From an uncultured Spirochaetota bacterium (lineage in GTDB: Bacteria; Spirochaetota; Brevinematia; Brevinematales; JAOACQ01): a stretch of 64,000 nucleotides of DNA. The position numbers and the translations under genes are program-made. The stretch is taken from the NCBI GenBank assembly GCA_963835575.1, contig CAWIGG010000002.1, positions 1,632,001 through 1,696,000 of the forward strand. The letters run 5' to 3'. The notes under the pieces were generated by a model that saw only the letters and a list, made by a program, of their open reading frames with translations, did not search any database and was not told where the DNA came from. Each line of letters opens with the position of its first letter. The stretch's first letter is position 1. Shown here piece by piece: positions 10,696-19,101 of the stretch.

Positions 10696-10748
10696 TTACA
10701 GGAAGGCACGAAGCGATGCACTGAGCGAAAGCCGAAGTGACGAGAAGG
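10696..10748 (+). repeat. Periodic repeat arm (TTACAGGAAG GCACGAAG...) containing a REP-like CACTGAGCGAAAGCCGAAGTG
   Basis: Inverted partner is the reconstituted IS110 target CTTCGTGTCTTCCCGTCTTCCTGTAA (10897-10915 + 14242-14248). Confidence 0.55.
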
Positions 10749-10927
10749 TTAAAATTTGAAATTAAATGTTTTCATACAACTCTAATATTAATTTATATTA
10801 TAATATTTTTTACAATTTAAAATTCACTTTTGAAATCAAATATATTTTGACATATATTGATTTATTTTTTAATTATGAAGATTTATTTACTCAAAACTTC
10901 GTGTCTTCCCGTCTTGTAAGCTATATT

Positions 10928-11140
10928 TTGGAGAAAAAGTTTACAAAAAATAATTCTTCAGTAGAATACCTCCTTGTGGAAGTTGTTGCTCACTACCCGC
11001 CTGCCTTCTGGTTTGAAACCAAGGCACACAGGAAGATTGCCAACTCCACAAGGACCGTTTTGGTCTCTTAAAACAATTGCCAGGATATTCCCTTGAATAA
11101 TCCTGTCGCTCATTACAAGGGTGCCGAAATGGAACGGTCT
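10928..11140 (+). ncRNA. Predicted IS110 bridge RNA (ends approximate)
   Basis: 5' hairpin, then two internal-loop stems (TCCTTGTGGA-AGTTG/CAAC-TCCACAAGGA with TGCCTT..AAGGCA tip; GACCGTT/AACGGTC with CAGGAT..ATCCTG tip). Loop segments match the target and donor junction sequences. Confidence 0.8.
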
Positions 11141-11157
11141 GATATTTTAATCTGCTG

Positions 11158-12832
11158 TTGCCTGTCGGTTTTTATAACATGCTTCATGGACATACGGCAG
11201 GGTTCCCGTTAAAATAAAACGGGAGAAAAAGATGGCAAGATTTGAAAAGAACAGCCTGGAGCAGGGTGAGTTCCTCGCGATCAATATAGGCGAGCAGTTT
11301 GATGAGAATTCCAGAGAATTTATACTAAAAGAATTCATCAAAAACCGTATTAAACTGGAGGATTTCGCGGCTTACTATAAGAACGACCATAGAGGCAGAG
11401 AGATTAAAAATCCTCGGGATGTGATCTGTGCGGTACTCTACGGTTACATTACGGGAAATCGTATCAGCCGAAAGATAGAAGATTTGCTGAAAAAACACAT
11501 TGGGTTTATGTATGTTTCAAACCGGCTGAAAATTGACCATTCGGTAATTTGCGAGTTCAAGGTACTTTTTCAGGAAAAGATCGAGGAGTTGTTCAGCCAG
11601 CTTTTATATATACTCAACGAAATGGGGTCTATAGATTGGGACATGGTAGTGGGTGACGGCACAAAGATCAAGGCCTACGCGAGTAAGAATAAGAATGTGG
11701 GAAAGAAACATACCCGGAAGCTGATGGACACTTACCAGAAGATGGCGGAAAAGATTGTGAAACAAGACCTGGAACTGGAAGAATCTTACCGGGAAGGCAA
11801 GCTGGAGCAGCCTTATTACGAAGCGGAGAAGAAGCGGGTATCAAGGCGGAAAAAGATTTACGATAGTGTTTTGAACCAAATCGATGAATACAAAAAACAG
11901 GTAGAGAGAGGGGAAAAGACAGACGAAGAATTCACCAACCTGACTGATCCCGAAAGCAAGCTGATGTCTGGAAATCCGCATAGTGTGTTTATACAGGGAT
12001 ATAATTCGGCGATGATGGTCAGTAATAATGATGTGATTATAGATTTTGAAGCAATCACAACACCGGAAAAACAGCATACGGAAGAAATGGTAAAGAGGGT
12101 GGAACAGAAAAAAGCGGAATTAAAAGTTGATAAGGCTAGCAAATACCTTTTTGATTCGGGTTTTCAGGACATGGAAGAGACAATCCGGATGGTGGAGGAA
12201 GGAAAAGACCTTTATGTGGATACGAAAGAGCGGGATTTCAGTGATAAATCACAGAAGCGAAGAGACTTTAAACTGGAAAAGATTGATGACGAATATATCC
12301 TGGGATGCCGGGGCGGCCGTAAGGAAAATGGGTATTTAGATCGAAATAACCAAAGATATACATTTTTGTATTCACGGAAGGGCTGTGAAAGATGTCCATT
12401 TTTCAGTGAGTGTTATAAAAACATCAAACCGAAAACACAGCAAAAGACAGTAATTTTCAGTGAGTTTGAATTGAATAATCGGTCTAAGATTGATGCTTAT
12501 TTAACAAAACTTTACAGCGAAGAAGGGCAAAAGATATACAACCGCAGGATAGGTAAAGAACACGTATTTTCAAACATCAAAACACAGAAGGGTTATGTTC
12601 AGACAGTTTACAGAGGTCAACGGAAAGTGAATTTGGAGCTATGCTGGGTATCCCTTGCGCATAATTTTATGAAATATGCCCAATATTTGAGAAAATAGAG
12701 AGGATTTTGTATAGTCTGAGTATCGATTATTCGAAATTTATTATTAAAATCAGCTAAGCTGACAAAATTTTTATTTGCCCGCTTATTGTAAGGGGCTGGT
12801 TTGACTCCGAAAATGAAATAACCGACAGGCAA
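11158..12832 (+). mobile_element. IS1182-family insertion sequence
   Basis: 13-bp TIR TTGCCTGTCGGTT/AACCGACAGGCAA; 4-bp TSD GCTG (11154-57, 12833-36). Confidence 0.9.
11232..12698 (+). CDS. IS1182-family transposase
   Basis: DUF772-like N-terminus, DGTKIKAYAS, NLTDPESKLM, QGYN, FDSGF, CxxC finger, EHVFSNIK, RGQRKV...AHN. Confidence 0.9.
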   Translation: MARFEKNSLEQGEFLAINIGEQFDENSREFILKEFIKNRIKLEDFAAYYKNDHRGREIKNPRDVICAVLYGYITGNRISRKIEDLLKKHIGFMYVSNRLKIDHSVICEFKVLFQEKIEELFSQLLYILNEMGSIDWDMVVGDGTKIKAYASKNKNVGKKHTRKLMDTYQKMAEKIVKQDLELEESYREGKLEQPYYEAEKKRVSRRKKIYDSVLNQIDEYKKQVERGEKTDEEFTNLTDPESKLMSGNPHSVFIQGYNSAMMVSNNDVIIDFEAITTPEKQHTEEMVKRVEQKKAELKVDKASKYLFDSGFQDMEETIRMVEEGKDLYVDTKERDFSDKSQKRRDFKLEKIDDEYILGCRGGRKENGYLDRNNQRYTFLYSRKGCERCPFFSECYKNIKPKTQQKTVIFSEFELNNRSKIDAYLTKLYSEEGQKIYNRRIGKEHVFSNIKTQKGYVQTVYRGQRKVNLELCWVSLAHNFMKYAQYLRK

Positions 12833-12845
12833 GCTGGAGGAAAAA

Positions 12846-14120
12846 ATGCTAATCCGGGATGCTATCGGGATTGATCCCGATTCACAACAGTATGTGTGTA
12901 TGTATGTCAAAGCGGAAGACTGGAAAACGGAACGGAAAGCCTTTCCGGTTACCACAAGCGGCCTTGATAATCTGATCGAATGGACTCGGTCGAAAAATGA
13001 CCCGATTATCGCCATCGAGGGAAGCAACGGGCAGAGTAAGCCCTTAGAGAAAGTGCTTCGTAAGGAATCGATGACCTATTACTCGTTTAAAGCAAGGGAT
13101 GTTGAACAAAAGAGGAAAAGCCAGCTCCCGGCGGGAAAGAACAACGAAAAGGATGCTCATGCCGCCGCTCTTTTGGCTTTAGAGCGTGAAATGAACGGTT
13201 CTCTGGAAAAATGGAGAAGGGTCTATCCTGTTGACAGCGAATTACAGACGATAACCCGGAAATATGAAAGTGTAAGCGGCAGGATCACAGAGGAAATATC
13301 CGGGCTGTGGAAGCTTTTATGCGAGGCTTCCCCGGATGTTTACCTGTTCTTAAGCGGCAAGAATATGGAGACGGATAACAGACATAATGTTTTGAATAGC
13401 GCAGGAGTACTGAATTTGCTGTGTAATTGTCCCGATTTAAGCCAATGGAGGAGATTAAGTGCGGAGAAAATGAAAGAGCTGATGGGTGGAGGCTCTTATA
13501 GAGGCCGGGATAAGACCATCGCCGGCTTACAGGTAATAGCCCAAAGAATCTTGGGTGTAGCGGGCCCCATTTCCATGATGATCCGGCAATCTGCTGAAAA
13601 TATTATTCTTTTGAAAGGCCATAAGGAAGAAATGAAGAAGATTTTGGATAATCTGGCTGAATCCAGGGAAGCTGTCCGGGTTTTAGCCTATGACGAATCC
13701 AATGGCAATGGGTTGAAAGGAATCGGCGTGATCACTGCCTCTACGATGATAGCCGAGATTATTCATATCAATCGTTTTGTTAAAGAGGACAGCCTGGCGT
13801 TATATGCGGGATTCGGTATGGTGGAAGATGAAACCGGAAAGAAAAATAGGGGTGAAAGAAAGAAGATGAAACATACTCACGATTATAACCGCCGTTTGAA
13901 AAACGCCTTTATGAACGCGGCCAAGAACTTTGTTCACTGGAATCCGGACCACCATATTTCCGGCATGCACAGGAATTTGATAAAAAATGGAATGAGCAGG
14001 CTCGAAGCGAATAAAAGGGTTGCCAGAGCATTAGTCCGTAAGATATTTCGGATATTAAAGGACTATGAGTCTGAAAATATAAGGAAAATGGAAGAAAACG
14101 GGGTGGCAAAAGTGGGTTAG
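12846..14120 (+). CDS. IS110-family recombinase (RuvC-like DEDD domain + Tnp20 domain)
   Basis: IGID, AIEGS, KNNEKDA, GIGVITASTMIAEI..INRF..EDSLALYAG, NRRLKNAF, ARALVRKIF; GGAGG RBS. Confidence 0.9.
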   Translation: MLIRDAIGIDPDSQQYVCMYVKAEDWKTERKAFPVTTSGLDNLIEWTRSKNDPIIAIEGSNGQSKPLEKVLRKESMTYYSFKARDVEQKRKSQLPAGKNNEKDAHAAALLALEREMNGSLEKWRRVYPVDSELQTITRKYESVSGRITEEISGLWKLLCEASPDVYLFLSGKNMETDNRHNVLNSAGVLNLLCNCPDLSQWRRLSAEKMKELMGGGSYRGRDKTIAGLQVIAQRILGVAGPISMMIRQSAENIILLKGHKEEMKKILDNLAESREAVRVLAYDESNGNGLKGIGVITASTMIAEIIHINRFVKEDSLALYAGFGMVEDETGKKNRGERKKMKHTHDYNRRLKNAFMNAAKNFVHWNPDHHISGMHRNLIKNGMSRLEANKRVARALVRKIFRILKDYESENIRKMEENGVAKVG

Positions 14121-14256
14121 AAACCCTGCGGAAATATTCCGCGAGCAACACCTCCATTTTCTTCCGCCTTTATTATATCGAACTACTGAGGTTTTTTAAA
14201 TATTTTGATTGTTTTTTTCTTGACTTAACTAAAACAATCTTCCTGTAAAATCATTA

Positions 14257-15048
14257 TTATGCAACGCAGGACATGACTGTTTTAGCGCGGTCTGACAATT
14301 TAGTCAGCCTGTTTATTTCTGATTCCATCATGATATCGCCGATCTGTTTTTTAGAAAGGATATACAATTCCTCAAACCTGAGGGCTTCGTTCAACGCGCT
14401 TTCATTTGTCAGCATGACATCACGGGGCAATACAACCTTCCTTGTTTCAATGCAGTCAATATTTTTTGATACAGCCGGATTCTTTAAGAAGTAGTCTATA
14501 CTGACAGCGCTGATGCTGCCTCCGACTGTAAATGAAAATCCTTCCATTTTGGACCTTTTGCCGACATATCCGATCAGGTCCATTAAAAATTGGGAATCGG
14601 GGGTAATGGCACTGTCCATAAAGGAGGCGCTTAAATCCGTTCTGCCCAGCGTGATATTGTCGAGCATCCCCTTACCCATCAGTAAAATCTCTTCCAGCTG
14701 GCCAATGGAATTTTTTGTTTCAATATTAATTGATAATTTTATTTTGTGGTCTTTATAAATACTTTTATAGGCATCCAGGAATTTTTTAAGCCCGAATTTA
14801 CTTTCCACCATCGGAGAGATGAGTCCGTCAACGCCGATTTCAAGCGAATCCTTGATATCCCTGAGGGCTTCAACTCCGCCGATTTTGAGATAAAGCTTTG
14901 TTCCCGCTTGAGTTGTCAGCCTTCTTAAGCGTACAAGATCATTAAAAGAGGAACCTTCGGCTTCAAATTCGGCTTTGACAGCATCCAGATGGAACGTTTC
15001 TTTAAGCAGAAGGATTTGTTCATAAATCTCTTTTTCTATTCCAAACAT
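14257..15048 (-). CDS. HpcH/HpaI aldolase/citrate-lyase family protein
   Basis: VKAEFEAEG, LKIGGVEA, PMVES, INIET, GRTDLS. Confidence 0.75.
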   Translation of the reverse strand: MFGIEKEIYEQILLLKETFHLDAVKAEFEAEGSSFNDLVRLRRLTTQAGTKLYLKIGGVEALRDIKDSLEIGVDGLISPMVESKFGLKKFLDAYKSIYKDHKIKLSINIETKNSIGQLEEILLMGKGMLDNITLGRTDLSASFMDSAITPDSQFLMDLIGYVGKRSKMEGFSFTVGGSISAVSIDYFLKNPAVSKNIDCIETRKVVLPRDVMLTNESALNEALRFEELYILSKKQIGDIMMESEINRLTKLSDRAKTVMSCVA

Positions 15049-15186
15049 AAAGCTCTCTCCTCATTTTATTTGCTCTTTTACTATTATGTATTTCGATATT
15101 TTTTCTATTTTTATTAGCGGATTGAGTATTTTATTTAGCAGATTGTTTTTTATTTGAAATCATTGCTATCCAAATTACAAATTTAT

Positions 15187-16952
15187 GGCCCTGCTGAAAA
15201 AATTCAAACACAAGCATAGGGGATATTCCGGCAAATTTTCAACCGCACAAGGAAAAAGATTAAGAAATCAAAGGCCATGTCGGCGGCAGCCTTCGATTTA
15301 TCAGCCAAATAGCCCCGATATCTCTTGAAATTAATCCCGATTCCCCTTAAAAGCATGCGGGTTTTGACTTTTACCAGACCACGGAACAAAATCCTGCCGC
15401 TCAAATACTTTGGTTTCAATAAACTCATCAATCCTTCTACGGCAGGGCGTAGTCCCATCAGAAATTTTCCTGCATCCATACATATCAATTCCAAAAATTC
15501 ATCCATCCATTCCCTTTTGGCGTCTATTACCAGCCGACTTTGCTTCTTGCCGACACAGGCCAGACAATTTTCTTTCTTATCGCAGGCGGCACATTTTTTT
15601 ACATCAAAATTCAATACCACGGAACCATCTTCATTTTCAATAATGCTATTCGGGATTTCTCCCGCCGGACACATCCCATATTTGCCGGTTTTTGGGTCTG
15701 TATACTCAGAAAGTTTCGCTTTGTTTTTTATCCCTTCCAGATCGACGCCGCGTATCGCGCTCATTACCAGTTGAACGTCTTCGCCGCTCTCATTCCGAAG
15801 GTCTTCAGAATTATAACCGCCATCGCTTATCGCTGTTTCAATATTCGTTTCCTTTTTTAAATTAGATAGTTGCCTGCGGAATAAATCCCCATCGTCAGCA
15901 TTATTCGATGCGGTTTCTATGCTGGTAATCACCTGCATCGGATTTTGAGGGTCACAGGTTTCAACCGCGTTCACCTTATACCCGACATACTGTTTTCCCC
16001 GCTTCTCCCGGTAGGTCGCGTCTTCGTCCACCGGCGACTGCATCGATGAGGCTTTGATTTCCCGCGGCAGCTTCAGCGTCACCTTGCCTTCTTTTTCTAT
16101 CCGGCATTGTTCCCGCAAAAGTCTCATTGCCTGCCGGAAACTCTTTTGTTTCCTGACTTTATTGTGAAACACGTTCTCTGTAATCAGCCCGAATATTTCC
16201 TCGCCAATTTCCACCGTTTTCGATTCGTAATTCTCCTTTTTCAGTCGATAACTGAATCCGTCCTCATTTTGTTTTAGAAAATCCTTACATCTTTCACTTA
16301 AGGAAAATCCAGCATTGGAAACATCTTCCGCCATATTGGACAACACTTTATGAAACAGCATAACCCGATTCAGCCGCTTGATATTGGCCCCAATCATTAC
16401 AGAATCTGTCCTCTGCAGTCCGGTTTTGATCCCGACCTCTCCAATTAAAAGATCCCGAAACTCATCAAATATAACGTCAAAAAGCCCGTCCTGATTCTCC
16501 GCCACAGCGGCACGAAAATAGTATAACGTCCTGATCGACATCTGCTGCGCGTTGATGTCTTCCAATCCCAGCGCGTATCGAAACGATAAATCATATCGAT
16601 ACCGCTCAAACAACTGTTCATCGGTCAGAGAGAATAGCTCTTTCATGATTTCCAGCCCGGCTAATATGTTGACCGGGAAATTACTCCTACCAAGTTTTGG
16701 GTCATATAGTGGAGCAAACTTCCGCTCATTTATTTTTGAGAAAACTTTCTGGTAAAAAAGCCCGGCCCAGCTTTCATTTAAACTTTCTCTCATTTCCTGG
16801 TTCATTTCATATCTTACCGGATATAAATCCTGTTCTATATGTCTCTGATTCAGCTTGAACATTTTGACCTCTCTCTGATTCATGTGCATATATTATAACG
16901 AGTTATGCAACTTTTGTACATGAATCGGTAGGATTGTTTTTGCAGTAGGGCC
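15187..16952 (-). mobile_element. IS1182/IS5-like insertion sequence
   Basis: TIRs GGCCCTGCTGAAAAA / GGCCCTACTGCAAAA; 6-bp TSD ATTTAT (15181-86, 16953-58). Confidence 0.85.
15204..16862 (-). CDS. DDE transposase (DUF772 + DDE_Tnp_1 type)
   Basis: GRSNFPVNIL, LTDEQL, RTDSVMI, DEDATYREK, GYK, SDGGY, CxxC, RPAVEG, FRGL; likely start MFKLN. Confidence 0.85.
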   Translation of the reverse strand: MFKLNQRHIEQDLYPVRYEMNQEMRESLNESWAGLFYQKVFSKINERKFAPLYDPKLGRSNFPVNILAGLEIMKELFSLTDEQLFERYRYDLSFRYALGLEDINAQQMSIRTLYYFRAAVAENQDGLFDVIFDEFRDLLIGEVGIKTGLQRTDSVMIGANIKRLNRVMLFHKVLSNMAEDVSNAGFSLSERCKDFLKQNEDGFSYRLKKENYESKTVEIGEEIFGLITENVFHNKVRKQKSFRQAMRLLREQCRIEKEGKVTLKLPREIKASSMQSPVDEDATYREKRGKQYVGYKVNAVETCDPQNPMQVITSIETASNNADDGDLFRRQLSNLKKETNIETAISDGGYNSEDLRNESGEDVQLVMSAIRGVDLEGIKNKAKLSEYTDPKTGKYGMCPAGEIPNSIIENEDGSVVLNFDVKKCAACDKKENCLACVGKKQSRLVIDAKREWMDEFLELICMDAGKFLMGLRPAVEGLMSLLKPKYLSGRILFRGLVKVKTRMLLRGIGINFKRYRGYLADKSKAAADMAFDFLIFFLVRLKICRNIPYACV

Positions 16953-16976
16953 ATTTATAAAACTAAAATAAAAAAA

Positions 16977-17009
16977 GGACAGTTACAAAAACATGTTTTG
17001 CAACTGCCC
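16977..17009 (-). terminator. Terminator-like hairpin (GGCAGTT-family palindrome)
   Basis: Minus strand GGGCAGTTGCAAAA-CATG-TTTTTGTAACTGTCC followed by a T run. Confidence 0.5.
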
Positions 17010-17089
17010 TTCATTGAAAACAGATCCTTAATTTAATACGGCCTGTTTAAACTAAAAACAACACAGTCTGATATTTCTTTTGGGTCCGG

Positions 17090-17518
17090 TTAAAAAATGA
17101 CCGCCAGCAGAATTGTGTACCTGAGGAAAACATATACTCCGGCAATAATGCCGCCTATTCCGAGCGGGATTTGAAACCGCGTCAGAATTTTTTCAAGTTT
17201 TTCAAGCTGAGCCTGAGGGACTCCTTTTATCTGCTTCAGGAAATTCATTGAGAGAATAAGCCCCAGGCAGATTTGAATCAATAGTACTATTATCATAAAA
17301 AGACTGCTTAATATCCCATAACCGAAAACACGGTAGCCGCTCAAAAGACCGGAAAGAAAATCCCATAAACCCCAGAATAATAGAGCCAAACCGAACCATG
17401 GCTGATACGGCGCTACTTTTTTCATCACCTCTGTTGCGTTTGGAACTTTTGAAATGACCAGATTTGGAATTGCCAATGCCCCGCCGATGACAAGAAGTAA
17501 AAATTCAATTACCCACAT
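17090..17518 (-). CDS. Hypothetical 4-TM membrane protein
   Basis: Hydrophobic helices; AGGAGG RBS before ATG 17518. Confidence 0.7.
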   Translation of the reverse strand: MWVIEFLLLVIGGALAIPNLVISKVPNATEVMKKVAPYQPWFGLALLFWGLWDFLSGLLSGYRVFGYGILSSLFMIIVLLIQICLGLILSMNFLKQIKGVPQAQLEKLEKILTRFQIPLGIGGIIAGVYVFLRYTILLAVIF

Positions 17519-17574
17519 AAATCCTCCTTTTTTATTCAAAACAAATTCTTTTTAATATTATACAATATTTTCCT

Positions 17575-19093
17575 GTAACTATCCAGCCGCATATTTAATA
17601 GCGGAGCCGTTCAACGCGTCAATAAGGGCTTGATAAACACTGACGCCCATCTTTTTTACTGTAGATATATAACCCCTGATTCTGCAAAAGGCAGCCGCTC
17701 CATTCCAGCTTCTGAATGTACCTGATATTTTCTGCTGGACTTTTATCATTCTGATATCCCGTTCCGCCAAATTGTTGCTGAATGGAACATCTTTTTCCCG
17801 CATAAATAAAAGGACAGATTCTTTATATTTTCTTAATCGGTCTAATAGGCATAAAACCTTGCCCCGCTTTTTTCTGCCGCGTTTAACAAGTCCTTCCGGC
17901 TTTTCAGGCGTTGGATTTACAGCAAATCCTTTCGCGATGATCCGGTCATATTCCGTATCATATTCTATAATCCTTTCCGCCGGTATTGGAAAACTTGCCT
18001 CTTTATCATTCTTAATCCTTATAAGAAGATTACCCATCTCCTTAGCCCATTCCTGACCCATTTCCTCATGTATCCAGATTAGCTCTCTCAAATGGTGTAC
18101 ATTACACAATCCATGACGGCATAAGAATTCCAGATAACTTTTCCATCCATCGTGGATAATAATACCGGTAAATCTTGTGAGAATGTCCATCGCACGCATC
18201 GCCTCTGTGCCGCGTTTGTCATGAGAAAAATAATAGGTAAAACGTTCATTCGAGGCAACATGGAGCCATTTTAATAACCCTTTTATCCGAATACCGGTTT
18301 CATCACAGTGAAGAACCACTTCTTTTAGTATCAGTTCTATGACTTTCTGTTCATACTCTTCTAATTTATTGTAGGTCTCCCGGATAAATCCTTCAATCGT
18401 TGCCTTGCTGAGCGGCACTCCCAATAAACATTCGGCGTATTCCGAAAGCCTTTCATAGGGTATCAACCCATATGTTTTCATATAGACCAGATGCGCTTTA
18501 ATGTTTTTTCCATACTGTGCCTTATTGGTTATGCCTTCCGGAAACTCCGCCGTTACTCTCGCACCGCAATGCGGACAATCTTTTACTTCCGAGCGATGTT
18601 CGGTAACTTCCACTTTTATCGGAGGTATATCGAACACCTGCCTTCTTTCCGTCCGCTTAACTGATTCGGAACTTAAATCAATTCCACAACAGGAACATTT
18701 TTCAACCTGATGTTCTATGATCTTATCAGGGCTTTCTACTTTCTTCAGAGTATTTCCCTTATGTCCAAACTGGCCGCCTTGTTTTTTACCGCTCTTTTTC
18801 CGTAAATTCTTTACTGTATTTTGGAATGGATTATCGGAAGACGGCGGTTTATTGCTGTTATGGCTGTCCTTATTAAGCTGTTCTTCCAATTTCTTAATCT
18901 TTTCCGCTTGTCTTTGAATGATTAAACCCTGCTCCTTTATCTGGTTTTGTAAATCAGCAATGATGCCTTCAAATCGTTTTAAGCAGGCCGCACAGTCTTT
19001 TTCTCTTCTATCTTCATTCATGCTATAGAATAGCATGGTTCATGCTCAATGCAAATATTTCATGTGACTATTTTTTAGTGGCTGGATAGTTAC
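17575..19093 (-). mobile_element. IS66-family element (single-ORF, ISBst12-like)
   Basis: 14-bp TIR GTAACTATCCAGCC; 8-bp TSD ATTTTCCT (17567-74, 19094-101); no tnpA/tnpB. Confidence 0.92.
17579..19036 (-). CDS. IS66 transposase TnpC
   Basis: NSNKPPSSD, GGQFGHKG, CxxC fingers, HCDETG, HDGW, LCNVHHLREL, NNLAERDIR. Confidence 0.95.
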   Translation of the reverse strand: MLFYSMNEDRREKDCAACLKRFEGIIADLQNQIKEQGLIIQRQAEKIKKLEEQLNKDSHNSNKPPSSDNPFQNTVKNLRKKSGKKQGGQFGHKGNTLKKVESPDKIIEHQVEKCSCCGIDLSSESVKRTERRQVFDIPPIKVEVTEHRSEVKDCPHCGARVTAEFPEGITNKAQYGKNIKAHLVYMKTYGLIPYERLSEYAECLLGVPLSKATIEGFIRETYNKLEEYEQKVIELILKEVVLHCDETGIRIKGLLKWLHVASNERFTYYFSHDKRGTEAMRAMDILTRFTGIIIHDGWKSYLEFLCRHGLCNVHHLRELIWIHEEMGQEWAKEMGNLLIRIKNDKEASFPIPAERIIEYDTEYDRIIAKGFAVNPTPEKPEGLVKRGRKKRGKVLCLLDRLRKYKESVLLFMREKDVPFSNNLAERDIRMIKVQQKISGTFRSWNGAAAFCRIRGYISTVKKMGVSVYQALIDALNGSAIKYAAG

Positions 19094-19101
19094 ATTTTCC
19101 T

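Larger units (their letters stand above)
10912..14241 (+). mobile_element. IS110-family element (bridge-RNA type) carrying a nested IS1182
   Basis: TCTT (CT core) at both junctions (10912-15, 14238-41); no TIRs; joining the ends gives TTGACT-N17-TAAGCT; structured 5' non-coding end and recombinase ORF. Confidence 0.85.

Noticed and set aside
10454..10700. Possible T-box leader for glyQS
   Set aside because: No T-box antiterminator consensus visible on the minus strand; the hairpin fits a REP-like repeat better
10766..11071. 101-aa ORF in the track
   Set aside because: Spans AT-rich intergenic DNA, the IS110 left junction and the predicted bridge RNA; no recognisable motifs
12781..12795. GCTTATTGTAAGGG resembling GCTCATTACAAGGG at 11108
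   Set aside because: Short, mismatched and inside IS1182, whose boundaries are fixed by TIRs and TSD; likely chance
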